DNA of 64,000 bases from a virus (IMGVR_UViG_3300031760_003956:1-64000), one strand, 5' to 3'; positions 7,270 through 19,635 are shown, numbered from the stretch's first letter. Notes: generated by a model not told the origin, from the letters alone. Made by a program: numbers and translations.

Positions 7270-10040
7270 ACCAATAAATCAGAATAAGGACAGACAAGCC
7301 CACAGAATAAGCAATACAAGCTACAGGAGAGCCACAGACGAACGAAACCGCCGAGGGAATGAAAGTATATTATTTTTATTTTCGTTTGTTATACGGCAAT
7401 ATAAAAGGAAACGAGCGACACACGGCAGCAGAGAAGAACAACAGAGCAACAACAGGATAATAACAACAGATAGACAGACAGAGCAGTAATATATAATTAC
7501 TACTCTGTTTTTTTATATAGTCTTATTTTGCTTTTATTTGACTTGTAAGCGATTTTTGTATCAGTAATATAAATTTCATTAATGCGATATAAAAACGTCA
7601 TACAGAGGACGAGAAAGCAAAAGAAAGCTATTGTATAGCGTTTTTTGTAGTTGTATTGTATTATTATATGGTAGTATGATTTATAGGAGAGCGACCGAGG
7701 AACGACCGCCGAGAAGATAAACCGAGGACAAACAGAACATCATCAGCGGAACATCAGAACCGAGAACCGAGGAACAGAAAACCTCCCACGGCTCCAACGG
7801 AAACGGAATCAGACTATCATATATTACTACTGTTATATATCTAAATGTTTATATATTGATAGACGGACGGAGAGAACGACAGAGCAACAGAGGAGAGGAG
7901 CAGAGGACGGAGGACGAGAGGACAGGAGGAGCAACAGAGGAGGAGAACAGCGAGGAGCGATAGCGAGAACAGAGAGCGGAGAGGATAAAGGCTCACGGCC
8001 GTCGGAGCAGTAAGACGAGGACAGGACGGAGGGCAAAGGCTCAGAATAAGACGGACAGACGAGGACAGCGGAGAGGATAGAAAAAGGGTTGAAACCTTAA
8101 CAAAGCCGATAATATAAGGGAATTTTTGAGATTTTAAGGGAATTTTTGAGAATTTTTGAGAGTATAAGACAGAAAAAAAGTAAATCAGAAGAATAATAAC
8201 GAGAAGGACGGAGAGGAGAGGAGGAAGGAGAGGAGAGAAAAAGCGGAAAGAGGATAATAATTTTTGTTAGTTTATGTTATGTTTAGTTGTTTGGTAAATT
8301 TGTATAGTTATGAGGGGAGTTTTTTTAACTGTTTTTGTGTAATTTTGATATATAAAATTTTTCATAAATGCTCACATCACCGAGAAAATGCGAAAAAATG
8401 AAAAGTTCGCATTTAATTTTTGCATTTAATTATTCAGCTTTTAAATGAGATATTCTCAATAGTTCGCATTTATTACCGATTTTCACAGCTTTTTTGATTA
8501 TTACCGCCGTAAAAATCAGCTTGTAAACCTCAAAATAAATGAGAACTTTTTATATAAGTTCGCATTTTTCAGTAAATCTCAAAAAATCGCTTGAAATCTA
8601 CATAAAACCGCCCCCATTTTACAAATCTAAACCGAAAAATAATCGAAAAAGTGAGGTAACCTACTCCCTCTACACACTCCCAAAAAACTCTCTCTCCCAA
8701 ACCTCTCACAATACCTCCCTCAATTCCCTTCTCACCCCTCAATTCCCCTATCCAAAATAACACCTCTCCCAACTCAACAAACCCTCATTTTACCCCTCAA
8801 ATCGCCCTCTATCACCACCCTAAAACCATTCCATACCACTCCAAACCCGAATATCCAAAAACCCATATAATCTCATATCTCTCATATCTAACGTCCTTAC
8901 TTATACTCACCCTCTTTATAAACCTATCCTTCTCCATCTAAATCCCTCAAAACTCCCATAAACACTACATTTTTACTATATAACAATACAAATATCTCTA
9001 AATCCTACAAACCTGTATTCTTAACACTAATCTAATTCGATAACCCACTATATAAGCTAAATTCTAATATCTTACGTCCTTAGTAAACTAATAACCATTA
9101 GTATATTTCACTTCTTTAATTACAAGTCTTTTTGGTACAAAAAAACCAAAATACATCAAAATAGAACTCTACTAAATTACGAGTTTTAAGGAATAACGTG
9201 TATTAGTAAAGATAGTTTTAGAGAACTTAAACTTTTAAAAAAGAGAAATCGGTTGAGTGAACGAGCGTAGCGAAGTGAATGTAAACCGTAATAGTTTCTG
9301 TTCTTTGATAGTTGTAGTTCTTCGTTAGTAATCTACTCATTTATATTTTGGTAAACTATGATTTTGTTCTTTCTAAATCTATTTGATTTAGTTTTCTTAC
9401 TCTCTCTAATTTAATCATCATATAATTCATCTTAGTCATAATCTAAACTAATGAATAAATTGAAAATATACTTTTACTCCTTTAAAAGTTAAACTCTATC
9501 TTAGAATCATAGCTTTATGTGTATATTCCGAAATTAAAATACACCTGTATGTTAGTTTTGGTTCTTAATTATATAAACACAAACTTGTGTTTTACGAAGA
9601 TGTGTATTTTACGAATTACCGTATTTCTCAAATTTGTAAAATAGAATACCTCAAATTTATAAAGTAAATTTGTTATATCTCAAATTTATAAAGTAAATTT
9701 GTCATACTTCAAATCTGTAAATCGAATATATCTTCCGAATTTATTATTTCAAAAAACTCGTATTTGCTGAAATACTATATTCTTAAAATCCTATATTTTT
9801 TAAATTGATAGTCCTTTAAATACGCAACTACGAAAAATTCTTTTTACGAACAATAATAAAAAAACACGCTGCAAGCGTGGTAAGTATTCTTTTAGATATT
9901 ATTATTAGTATATCGTTAAGTTTAACTACCTCCTAAGACACTACTGTTTTTTGAAGTTATGAAAATAAACCTATGTTTCTATGTAGTAGTTAGGGAGAAC
10001 ATAAACTTTTTTGCTTTATTTTGCTTAAAAAGAATAAAAA
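7270..10040. other. long non-coding, strongly strand-asymmetric region (candidate origin or packaging/terminus region)
   Basis: No credible ORFs; A/G-rich tracts at about 7860-8260 and C/A-rich, nearly G-free tracts at about 8660-8980; several repeat clusters. Confidence 0.55.
9627..9721. repeat. iteron-like direct repeats (C/T)TCAAATYTRTAAA x4
   Basis: Copies at 9627, 9650, 9679 and 9708 (last three 29 bp apart), upstream of a Rep-like gene. Confidence 0.6.
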
Positions 10041-10044
10041 GGTA

Positions 10045-10073
10045 TTTACATTTTTTGAATTTCTAACTATAAT
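10045..10073 (+). promoter_or_regulatory. sigma-A-type promoter
   Basis: TTTACA-17 nt-TATAAT upstream of 10115. Confidence 0.6.
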
Positions 10074-10114
10074 ATAAGTAGACGAGAATGTTTAAATATT
10101 AAAGAAAGAGGTTT

Positions 10115-11026
10115 GTGATGAAAAAGAAAATCAAAAATAGCGTGTATGAATATGATAATGCAATAAAGATTTACGACCCAAGTGAGTTTGCGTATAATAT
10201 CTTTCCTATTCCCTCGGATATAGCATATGAGAATAAAAACACTATAAAACTCGTTGAAGTATTTTTGGTTATTTGCGTTTATAAGAATATGCTTAATGAA
10301 ACGGATTTATCTGTTTATGATATTATAGAGTTCTTGGGTTATCCGAGCAACTATTCAACTATTAGTCAATCTACTACTCCGCAGAAAATGGTTGAGGCTA
10401 TAGAGAAGCTAAAAGAGATGGGATATATTGGTTGTGAACTTGACAAGGTTACATATAAGAAAAAAATACATATCAGATTCAACGCTAAACTTCATTATGA
10501 GAGAACCATCGCAAATAAACACAGGTATGTATTGTTGTATGGAGATGAGTTATTAAAAATCATCGAATATAACAGGAATCGTAAGAAAGGCGAAAACAAA
10601 CCCACTCTGAGCAAGATTTTGATTTGCTTATTATTTATACGAGATTATATTCCTCGAAGACCATCTCAAATGATAACAATGTACACAGATAGTATTGATG
10701 ATTATAAGAAGAATTACCCCGAGTGTTATAATTCATCTTTTGATAGTTTAAGCGAAGACCTACCATTTACAAGACAAACAGTATCACGGTGTTGTAAAGA
10801 ACTTGAAGACCTTGAAATATTGCATACTGAGAGATTCAATAAGAATGTAAGATATACAATCAGGAACAGAGTTTACGATAAAAAAGTAGTAACAACATTA
10901 TTTACTAATTATAAGAAACGTGAAAAAGAAAAGGTTTATGCTATCGGAGAAGACTATTATAAGACTGAGGTAAACAATAAAATAGATATTATACTAAAGG
11001 CGGTGATGAAAAATAGGGAGATATGA
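10115..11026 (+). CDS. winged-HTH protein, possible replication initiator
   Basis: SFDSLSEDLPFTRQTVSRCCKELEDLEIL HTH pattern; follows an AT-rich repeat region. Confidence 0.55.
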   Translation: MMKKKIKNSVYEYDNAIKIYDPSEFAYNIFPIPSDIAYENKNTIKLVEVFLVICVYKNMLNETDLSVYDIIEFLGYPSNYSTISQSTTPQKMVEAIEKLKEMGYIGCELDKVTYKKKIHIRFNAKLHYERTIANKHRYVLLYGDELLKIIEYNRNRKKGENKPTLSKILICLLFIRDYIPRRPSQMITMYTDSIDDYKKNYPECYNSSFDSLSEDLPFTRQTVSRCCKELEDLEILHTERFNKNVRYTIRNRVYDKKVVTTLFTNYKKREKEKVYAIGEDYYKTEVNNKIDIILKAVMKNREI

Positions 11027-11203
11027 ATTAACGGAACAAGACTTTTATCCCCCGTCTGATGATAGAGTATTAGAATCGGGGGTTGACGATATAGACGAAG
11101 AAAATAATTTTGAGTCTTATTGTCGGGAGTTCTTTAAATATTTAGAAGAAAATGAAGTTTATTAGCTTTATTATTTAAACAATGCGAATAATAACGAAAG
11201 TAG

Positions 11204-14200
11204 GTGATTATCTCGCTTGATACACAAGTAGATATTTATGCTGTTGATACAGGTGACTTTTACTCAAACCGAGAATTACGACTACATAATCAACATCATA
11301 AACTGAAAGCTGAACGGAAGTTTTTGAAAAACAAAGTTAAGCTGCTTAAAAAAGAATTTGCTAAATACAAGATTGAGGACTTATCTGCATTTGATAAGTG
11401 TGATAATGTATCGGAACTTTATGAATTATGCGGAATAATAAATCCAAATATTGCAGAATACAAGGAAATCTTTGTTGATTTGATTGAGGATTACTTAAAA
11501 ACAATCTCTTTGATTGCTCATAAACGAGAATTAATTAAGTCTACAAAAGAGGAATTATTGAGTTTACTTCATAATAAAGTTGAAACTAACATTTTACATA
11601 ACGGTACTCACCATAAACGAATTTTACGACCTGAGAGCGTTAAGAGAATATCAGATGACAAGGAAACTAATAATGATAAGAATATTATTTCTGTGTTTAT
11701 GTCAACTCTTATACGGACTATCGGAATCGAAGAAAATGAGTTGACTGATAATTTTATGGTAGTGCAGATATACTTCTTTGATATTCTCAAAGACTTGATT
11801 TATTTTGGATTTGAGTTTAATGGTGAGAAATATGTTTACTATACTTCCTCAGCCGGACAGATACGAACTAAGAAATGTGTTTTTATCAAGGAATGTATAT
11901 TGAAAGCACACGAGAAGACACTTATGTGTGGTCTTACTACAGATATTATCAATCAAAAGGGTGGTAATATCCCGAATAAACATTTATCTTATACCGCACT
12001 TACGAATAGTGCTACAGATATTTGGAAGGAATTTGACGTTGATAAAACAATCGTAATAGACGACTTTGAAACCAATGTACTTGCTACATATGATTTTGTT
12101 AATGATGAAACATATGAAGTCGAACGTAAAACTGATTTAATACCAATAACTCATACGGACGGTGCTGGTATGATGTTACCAAATGCTTTCGGTGTTAAAC
12201 AGAAAAATATGATGGTGCGTTTGCCGTGGGTCAAGGGTTTGATTACTCCTTTTGATTTCAAGAAGTTTATTGAAGTAAATAATGCTTCTCCTGTGATTGT
12301 TGATATTTACGGTGTTGAACACGATATTATAAAAGAAGATATACAGGTTATCTTCACAAAAAGTCAATTCAAGATGGGAAAGTATTATTTGAATTGGAAA
12401 GAGTACCGAGATAACTTCAAAAAATATAAATGTCAAGCTGGGTATACCAATCCCGAAGAAGATTGTATTAAAGACGCTTCCATTAATTATCAAATGCTAC
12501 AGACTTTAATTGACGCTACTGATGACGAGATAACTGAGATAGCAAAATCGTCTTTAAAAGACCTTAATAGTATGACAAATACTGTGGGTGGTATGCAGAA
12601 CGCTTTGGGTATTACGCCATATAATCACGATATGACTTATTTTCAGAGGTCGGTTGAAATGTATCCCGAACTTTTGAATGATGAGTATGTTAAGAATCTA
12701 TTAAGAGAAATCAAAACAAGTATGGTGAAACGCTTTAAAGCCGGAAAATTAAAAGTTAAGGGTAAATATACTTTTATTTTACCTGACTTCTACGCAGCTT
12801 GCGAATATTGGTTTTTGAATAATAGTAATCCGAACGGTTTACTTGATGACGGAGAAGTATTCTGTTGGTTATTTAGAAAAGCTGATAAGGTTGATTGTTT
12901 ACGGTCGCCACATCTATTTTTTGAACACGCTATTAGAAAGAACATAGCGGTCACTAAAGAAGATAATTTAGAGCGACAAGAAAAAATTAGAGAGTGGTTT
13001 GATACTGACGCTGTTTATACAAGTTGTAAAGATTGTATAAGTAAGATACTCCAATTCGATGACCTTTAATGTCGAACTTTGCGGAAACGTAGAGATATAA
13101 AACTCGGTGAACTCGTAATTACGAGGTGTACGGCTTACGTTGAGGAATTATAGGAAATGATAATTAGAAGTCGTGCTAACAGGGGTAGAATCCTGTGCTA
13201 AGTTTAAAAAGTGCAACGACTATCGAAAGGGTATTTGTAGACCGTATGGGTTTACAAAGAGTAACCAAGTAGAGTACATACAAGGCGAAATTCCTTGTGT
13301 GGAAGTGCCGAGAGCCTAAGTCAGAAATGATATGGCTATGATATAGTCTAACTTGTCATATGACAAGTTGGTTGATGGAGATAAATCGCTCGTATTAACA
13401 GATAAAACGATAATTAATATAGCAGAACGAGTGCAGAAAAAATATGATATAGTACCTCTTTATTACAATATGCGTAAAGCAGAGCCTATCTTTATAACTA
13501 CGGAAAGTATATTTGAGGGCTTAATCGCAGCTTTCACAGGTGGAAATATTGGAATCTACAGTAACAATATTTCAAAGATATGGAACTCAAATACGATGTT
13601 GCACGGTACTAATGAAGAAAGACAGGACGCAATTAATATAATTAAGTTGCTTTGTATGGAGAATAATTTTGTAATTGATTACGCTAAAACTCTATATAAG
13701 CCTGAACGTCCGAAAAAGGTTCACGATAAAATATGTGAACTGACAAATGTACCACTTCCTCATTTCTTTAAATACGCAAAAGATAAAGAGGATTGGCAAG
13801 TAGATGATAAAACCGATTCTCTTGTAAATAAATTTGACGATTTGTTTATCAATCCTCGTTTTGAGTTTCGGAAGTTGAAGTTAGAAAAACCTGATTATAG
13901 ATACCTTATGAGCAATATAGGGCAAACTTGTAATGTATCTTTCTTACCAAACGGTAAAGTTGATAAAAACAATACTGACCCGATGATAGTGAAATTTAAT
14001 GAACTTAATAAGAAGTTTTATTTTAAACTCAACAAAAATATGATAAACGTCTATAGGGTTATGACTACGAAAGCGAATGTTCGTCAAGATGTTATTTATC
14101 GCCGTATAGTTAAACAGGTAAAATCTGAATTATCTAAGTTTGGATATTCAAATAAAGAAATCGCAGATATTTTGGTTTTGTATTTGTATAAACTCCGAGA

Positions 14201-14429
14201 TAGTAGACACAAGGTTTTGCTGTGGGTGTGCTATGGAGATATACTTTATAAGAACTTAACAAAGTATTTTAAACAGAAAAGAAAGTCGGTACAATGCGTT
14301 GATTGTGGTAATTGGTTTTATGCTGGTATTAAATCTACTACCATAAAAAGATGTGAAAAATGTGCAAAAAATATCAAAAAATCAGCCAATTTACACGACC
14401 ACACTATAATCCAAAAAAACAAAGAATAA
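11204..14429 (+). CDS. YonO-like single-subunit (two-barrel) phage RNA polymerase; spliced join(11204..13060,13371..14429), about 971 aa
   Basis: Motifs SAGQIRTKK, HTDGAGM, RLPWVKG and CLRSPHL. Splicing restores the catalytic QFDVDGDK. Lies upstream of HU and terminase as in SPbeta. Confidence 0.88.
13061..13370 (+). ncRNA. group I intron in the RNA polymerase gene (310 nt, ORF-less)
   Basis: P1 ttcgaT/Gtcgaa with U.G pair; R-like gcaacgactatc and S-like gatatagtct (P7 gacta/tagtc); terminal G13370; removal restores frame and DxDGD. Confidence 0.92.
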
Positions 14430-14549
14430 TGGTAATATCGTCATAGACCGTTTTTGAGGTGTACCGAAAATAATGGTACACGCATATACCCGAAATATCT
14501 ATTTAAGGGAAAGAGAAAGAACGGTTTTAATAGAATGGAGGAATTTTTA

Positions 14550-14918
14550 TTGACTGATAAAAATGAAAATGTTTTACCCGAAGGTGCGAAATTTCGTACT
14601 ATTATAAATAAGAAAGATTTAATTAAAGCCGTTGCAAGAGAATCAAGGGTAAAAATCCCACAGGTTAAATTAGTTTTTGACGCAGTAGAAACTATAATTG
14701 CGAGAGAGATTTCGCAGAGAGTTGACGCTAATAACGAACTTGATATTAACTTGTTCACAGGCTTAAAACTTATATGTAGATACAAAAAGCCGAAATATAA
14801 GAAAACTGGTATTTCTAAGACCGGCGGTATCTATGTACCCGAAAGGATTGCAATTAAAGCAAATGTGTCAAGACGATTTAAAGAAGGAATAAATGATATT
14901 TCTATTGTGGGTGGATAA
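14550..14918 (+). CDS. HU/IHF-family DNA-binding protein
   Basis: NKKDLIKAVARES...VFDAVETII N-terminal HU pattern; GGAGG then TTG at 14550. Confidence 0.7.
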   Translation: MTDKNENVLPEGAKFRTIINKKDLIKAVARESRVKIPQVKLVFDAVETIIAREISQRVDANNELDINLFTGLKLICRYKKPKYKKTGISKTGGIYVPERIAIKANVSRRFKEGINDISIVGG

Positions 14919-15098
14919 AAATGTATAATATCGGGGAAACTCGATTTTATAAAAAGTCGCACATTTCCAGTAGGGAGTGTGCGATAAAAGCATAAACAAT
15001 GTGCTATGTGTTTCTTTTTTTTATTTTTTCTATTCTGTACTCATACTTGCCTGTTGAAATCCGATATATTAATCGGATTTTAACAGTCGGGTACATAT

Positions 15099-15175
15099 TG
15101 AGGTGTCGCCAAGAGGTTAAGGCACAGGACTTTGACTCCTGCATTTCGTGGGTTCAAATCCCACCATCTCAGCCA
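15099..15175 (+). tRNA. tRNA-Gln (TTG)
   Basis: Acceptor TGAGGTG/CATCTCA, anticodon loop CTTTGAC, GGTTCAAATCC T-arm, encoded CCA. Confidence 0.95.
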
Positions 15176-15211
15176 AATATACATACTTCGTTAGAGAAAG
15201 GGGTGATAAGT

Positions 15212-16198
15212 ATGGATATAACATATCGGGAAGTCAAAGAGTTAGTTTATAACAAATTGATTTCCAAGACTGAGGAAAGACCTTACGAAGAATTAAGCGA
15301 ATATCTTTTTGGAGAGGGTAACTGTTTTAATGAATCAGAAGTACGGAAACGTATGTATGGTATGAAACGGTTAATTGAGATTATAGAAGCTGAGAAAACA
15401 AACGGAGTTGCTTTGACGATTCTTTCTATATCGGATTTACATATCCCCTTTCAGCTTAATTACGAACTGTTAAAAGATTATAGAAATAAGATTGATATTT
15501 TACAGTTAAACGGTGATATAGTTGATTGTCAAGCATTATCAAAATTCAGTAAACAATATCGTATATCTCCAATGGAAGAAATAATACAGGGCAGACAATA
15601 TTTAATTGAGTTGATTAATTATTTAAGACCTACTAAAGTAGTATGTAATTACGGAAACCACGATAAGAGGTTCGCTAATTACTTCTCAAAGAATTTAGAT
15701 TCAGATGTATTAGAACTTTTGCCCGACACTTCTTTAGAGTTGATTTTTGTAGATGGCTTTAAGCATTACGATAAAAGGTGTGGTGCTAAGATTAGTTATG
15801 AGCCACTTAAAGATATATTTGAAGATATAGAAATAGAATATGTAGACGATTGGAAGTGCCGTATCGGAAAGACGTTTTTCGTTCATCCGCTTGCATATCG
15901 TTCAGGTATGCTTGCCACGGCTGATAAAGCAAAAGATTATTTGCAAGATACCTATAGAGAATCTTTTGATTGTGTTGTTATGGCACATACTCACAAGGTT
16001 GGTGATAGTTCAAAAGGTTATATTAGGTTGTTTGAGCAAGGTGCTTTTGCAGATGTAAAGAAAATGAATTATGTGGACGGTAGATTATTACCACCGCAGA
16101 AATCGGGATTTGCTATTATCTGTCAGGATGATGACGGTAACTTGATTCAAGACAAATCCAAAGTTATAACAATTAATACAGAAGACAAAAATGCGTAA
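15212..16198 (+). CDS. calcineurin-like metallophosphoesterase
   Basis: SDLH, GDIVD, GNHD and AHTH motifs. True start is ATG 15212 because the track start overlaps the tRNA. Confidence 0.88.
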   Translation: MDITYREVKELVYNKLISKTEERPYEELSEYLFGEGNCFNESEVRKRMYGMKRLIEIIEAEKTNGVALTILSISDLHIPFQLNYELLKDYRNKIDILQLNGDIVDCQALSKFSKQYRISPMEEIIQGRQYLIELINYLRPTKVVCNYGNHDKRFANYFSKNLDSDVLELLPDTSLELIFVDGFKHYDKRCGAKISYEPLKDIFEDIEIEYVDDWKCRIGKTFFVHPLAYRSGMLATADKAKDYLQDTYRESFDCVVMAHTHKVGDSSKGYIRLFEQGAFADVKKMNYVDGRLLPPQKSGFAIICQDDDGNLIQDKSKVITINTEDKNA

Positions 16199-16431
16199 AT
16201 ACGCAAAAATAATAAATAACAATACTCTTGCGAGTCTTATAACCAAATAATACGCAATTCTTGCGTGTTTTTACAAAAATACTTATGCAATTTAGTTGCA
16301 GCGATATATATTTTCGCAGAATAGATTGAGAAAACGGGCTGATTATATCAGTCCGTGTTTCATTTTTTACATTTTTATGAGCGAACTTTTAAGGGTTCGC
16401 TACACTTTTATGAGGGAAAGGTTGTGAAATA

Positions 16432-17499
16432 TTGCCTATTAAGAAAGATTTAAGAAAAACTACCTGTGTTAATTGTGGTGCTGAGATGAAGTTAAAAGCC
16501 CCAGCGTCAACCAACAATTTACTTTGGGGGCATTATGATGGCAATATCCCTATGTGTACTGAGTGCATTAAACAATTATATGAGTATTATTTAAGGTTTT
16601 ACGAGGATGATAATTGTCGTTATGCACAGTATAAAAATGAAAGACCTGAGAAATTAGCGATAAGAAAAATATGTAGTATTTTTAACATTTATTATAGTGA
16701 TGGTGTTTTTGATTCTGCTGAAACTTCTTGGTATAAGAAGAAAATGGCTGGTAGTCAAAGTGCTACTCTTATCGTTCAATATTTATTTGTTAGCCGAAGT
16801 AGAGCCAACAAAAACAAAACATTTGACGATACGTTAGAAGAAGAATCTGCTCGGAAAATGGGAGATGACAGCCTAACTACAATCGGAAAAAAGGTTATTG
16901 TTGATGGTGATAATAAAGTAGTCGGCTCTGTTGCTGATAGAGTTACGGGCGTAGATGATAAGACGAGAGCGTTCTTCGGTGAAGGATTTTCTAAAGGCGA
17001 GTATCAATTCTTACAACGTCAGTACGATGATTGGACTTCAAGACACGAATGTCAAACGAAAGCACAAGAGGAAATTTTCAAGAGAATTGCTTTTAATCAG
17101 CTTGAACATTATAAAGCTGAGAAAGATGGCAGAGATACGAAAGAAATTGATAAGACTTTTCAATCTTTGCTTAATTCGGGCAACCTCCAACCTAAACAAA
17201 CTAAAGCGAGTACACTTTCAAGTGGTAAATCGCTTGGTGAGTTAATTGATGTATGGGAAGAAAACAGACCTGTGCCGGAAGTTGACGAGGCTCTTAAAGA
17301 CGTAGACGGTATCGGACTTATGATTGATGTATTTTATAAAGGTCATACCGCTAAGAATCTTGATGTTGAGAAAGCCACTTCTCATTTATATGACGATTAT
17401 ATGAAACAATATACTGTTGATAAACCCGAATACGAAACAGCAGAGAGTTCAGAAGCGTTATTTGATTCTATTTTCGGTAAACAATTAGAAAACGAGTAG
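16432..17499 (+). CDS. zinc-finger protein upstream of terminase (putative small terminase subunit)
   Basis: CVNC...CTEC motifs; lies immediately before the large terminase. Confidence 0.55.
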   Translation: MPIKKDLRKTTCVNCGAEMKLKAPASTNNLLWGHYDGNIPMCTECIKQLYEYYLRFYEDDNCRYAQYKNERPEKLAIRKICSIFNIYYSDGVFDSAETSWYKKKMAGSQSATLIVQYLFVSRSRANKNKTFDDTLEEESARKMGDDSLTTIGKKVIVDGDNKVVGSVADRVTGVDDKTRAFFGEGFSKGEYQFLQRQYDDWTSRHECQTKAQEEIFKRIAFNQLEHYKAEKDGRDTKEIDKTFQSLLNSGNLQPKQTKASTLSSGKSLGELIDVWEENRPVPEVDEALKDVDGIGLMIDVFYKGHTAKNLDVEKATSHLYDDYMKQYTVDKPEYETAESSEALFDSIFGKQLENE

Positions 17500-17507
17500 G
17501 TGATTTT

Positions 17508-19622
17508 ATGTCAGAACAATTACTTGCTTGTACAAAAACAGTACCATTATCAAAAATGGTATCCGACAATAATTTGAGTGAAAATGAGTTATTATCCCGT
17601 AAATCAGAAAGACTTATGGAAGGAATAGCTTATTGGACTTCATTTTATAGACAGAATCCTCAAAGATTTGTAAAAGATTTTTTAAATGTAACTTTAAAGG
17701 ATTTTCAGCAGATACTTTTATATGAGTTTATGCACAATAATTATAATATGTACCTTGCCAGTCGAGGTTAATTATGGCTTCGCTATATAGAAATATATAG
17801 AAAACAAGAGAAGAAAATCGGTAAAAACTAAGTTATTTAATATGTCAATACCGAGGTAAACAATTAGATTACGAAAGGTTAATTGTCACCGTAACGCATA
17901 GAGGTTGAATAAATAAAATACCTCCACGAGTCTTCTCCCCTTAACGTAAAGTCGAAGGTGAAAATATATGCTAAACTGGGTTAGAATTAACTAACCGATG
18001 AAAATAAAGGAAACTTTCAGAGCGTAAGATAAAAAACTTACGGATAATAACTATTGCAAGGCAAGACCTATCTTGTTGCGTTATTGTGTTTAGTCAAAAT
18101 GATTTTATATCCGAAAACTAAGATTATTATAGCTTCGGGTACAAAAGGTCAGGCTATGGAAGTTCTGACAAAGATTACAACAGATTTTATGAAAAACTAT
18201 GGCTGGGGTTCTGAGAATCTTAGATATGAGATTGAAGATTGGTCTACGGCTATAAACAATCCTCATATTAACCTAAAAAATGGCTCTTGGTTAAAAATCA
18301 TAACAGCCAATGATAATGCTCGACACGAGAGAGCAAATATTATTGTTGTTGATGAGTTTAGAATGGTGCCGCTTGAAATCGTGCAGACGGTACTTAAAAA
18401 GTTCTTAACAGCACCAAGACAGCCGAATTACTTAAATAAACCTGAATACGCACATCTTATCGAAAGAAACCAAGAATTTTATATGTCATCTGCGTGGTAC
18501 ACGAGTCATTGGTCTTATCAATTGGCTCGTTCTTATTATGCAAATATGTTGAAGTTAAATTCGGGATTCTTTATGTGTGCGTTGCCTTATCAAATAGCTA
18601 TTAAATCACATTTATTAGACCGAGAGCAAGTTAAAGATGAAATGTCAGAAGCTACATTTAACGAAATGTCATTTGCTATGGAAATGGGTTGTATGTGGCA
18701 AGGTGACAAAGCTGGTGCATTCTTTAAATATGATGAAATCATACCGAACAGAAAACTCAAAGAAGTTTTATATCCAGCTACTTGCGGTGTGTCAAGTAAA
18801 TATAAGAAAGTACCTGAGTTATTACCGAACGAAAGAAGAATTATTAGCTTAGATATAGCCCTTATGGGTTCTAAAAAGCATAATAATGACGCAAGTTCGA
18901 TTATTCTTAATAGTGCGATTCCTACTTCAAGTAACAAATATATCGGAAATGTTGTCTATATGGAAAATATAGAGGATATTCGTGGCGATGATTTAGCGTT
19001 GAAAGTTAGACGTTATTATGAATATTTTAAGTGTACCGATATGGTAATAGACGCAAATGGTCTTGGATTACCTATATATGAACTTATTGCTGATGATATG
19101 TTTGATAAGGAATCGGGTGTTTTCTACCCAGCGTTAAACTGTAGGAATAATAAATTATTAGCCGAAAAGTGTAAAGTGCCGGACGCTCCGAAAACTATTT
19201 GGGCTGTTAAGGCTAACGCTGAATTTAATAGTAATATATATAACTTGTTGAGAAGTGCTTTCCAACAAGGAAAAATAAATCTACCTATATCCGAACAAGA
19301 AGCTGAGAGATATTGGGAAGAAAAATTCAAAGAGTTTAAGTCGATGGAGAAATTCGAGAAATATGAATATTTACATTCTTATCTCGAATCTACGTTCTTA
19401 ATATACGAGTTAATTGCATTACAATCAGAACAAAAAGGTACTAATACGAGAGTATGGGAAAGGTCTGGTATGCGAAAAGACCGTGTTAGTTCGATGGCTT
19501 ATAACTACTGGGTTCAAAATGAACTTGAAAAAGAATTAGCTAAAAACAATAGATTATCATTCAACCCGAATGACTATGCTAAAAGTTTGGGTAAATTGAA
19601 TCATAAACCAATTTTTTATTAA
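17508..19622 (+). CDS. terL: terminase large subunit; spliced join(17508..17768,18057..19622), 608 aa
   Basis: Splicing restores Walker A ASRGQGKT; Walker B IIVVDEF; nuclease motifs SLDIA, IDANG and RKDRVS. Confidence 0.92.
17769..18056 (+). ncRNA. group I intron in the terminase gene (288 nt, ORF-less)
   Basis: P1 cgaggT/Gcttcg; P4 tcggta/taccga; P7 gcata/tatgc; terminal G18056; in-frame rejoining. Confidence 0.88.
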
Positions 19623-19635
19623 GGAGGTGGAATTA

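Noticed and set aside
7039-8772. Track ORFs 7039, 7083, 7163, 7833, 8539 and 8569
   Set aside because: They are low-complexity translations of skewed DNA or shadows of the RHH gene, with no RBS.
14999-15211. N-terminal 71 aa of the track ORF 14999..16198
   Set aside because: It overlaps tRNA-Gln; the RBS supports ATG 15212.
8305-16425. Recurring ttatgaggg / ttaaggga motif as a phage-RNAP promoter (near 8308, 9990, 14502 and 16409)
   Set aside because: It is too short and degenerate, and overlaps SD-like sequence; it cannot be supported without TSS data.
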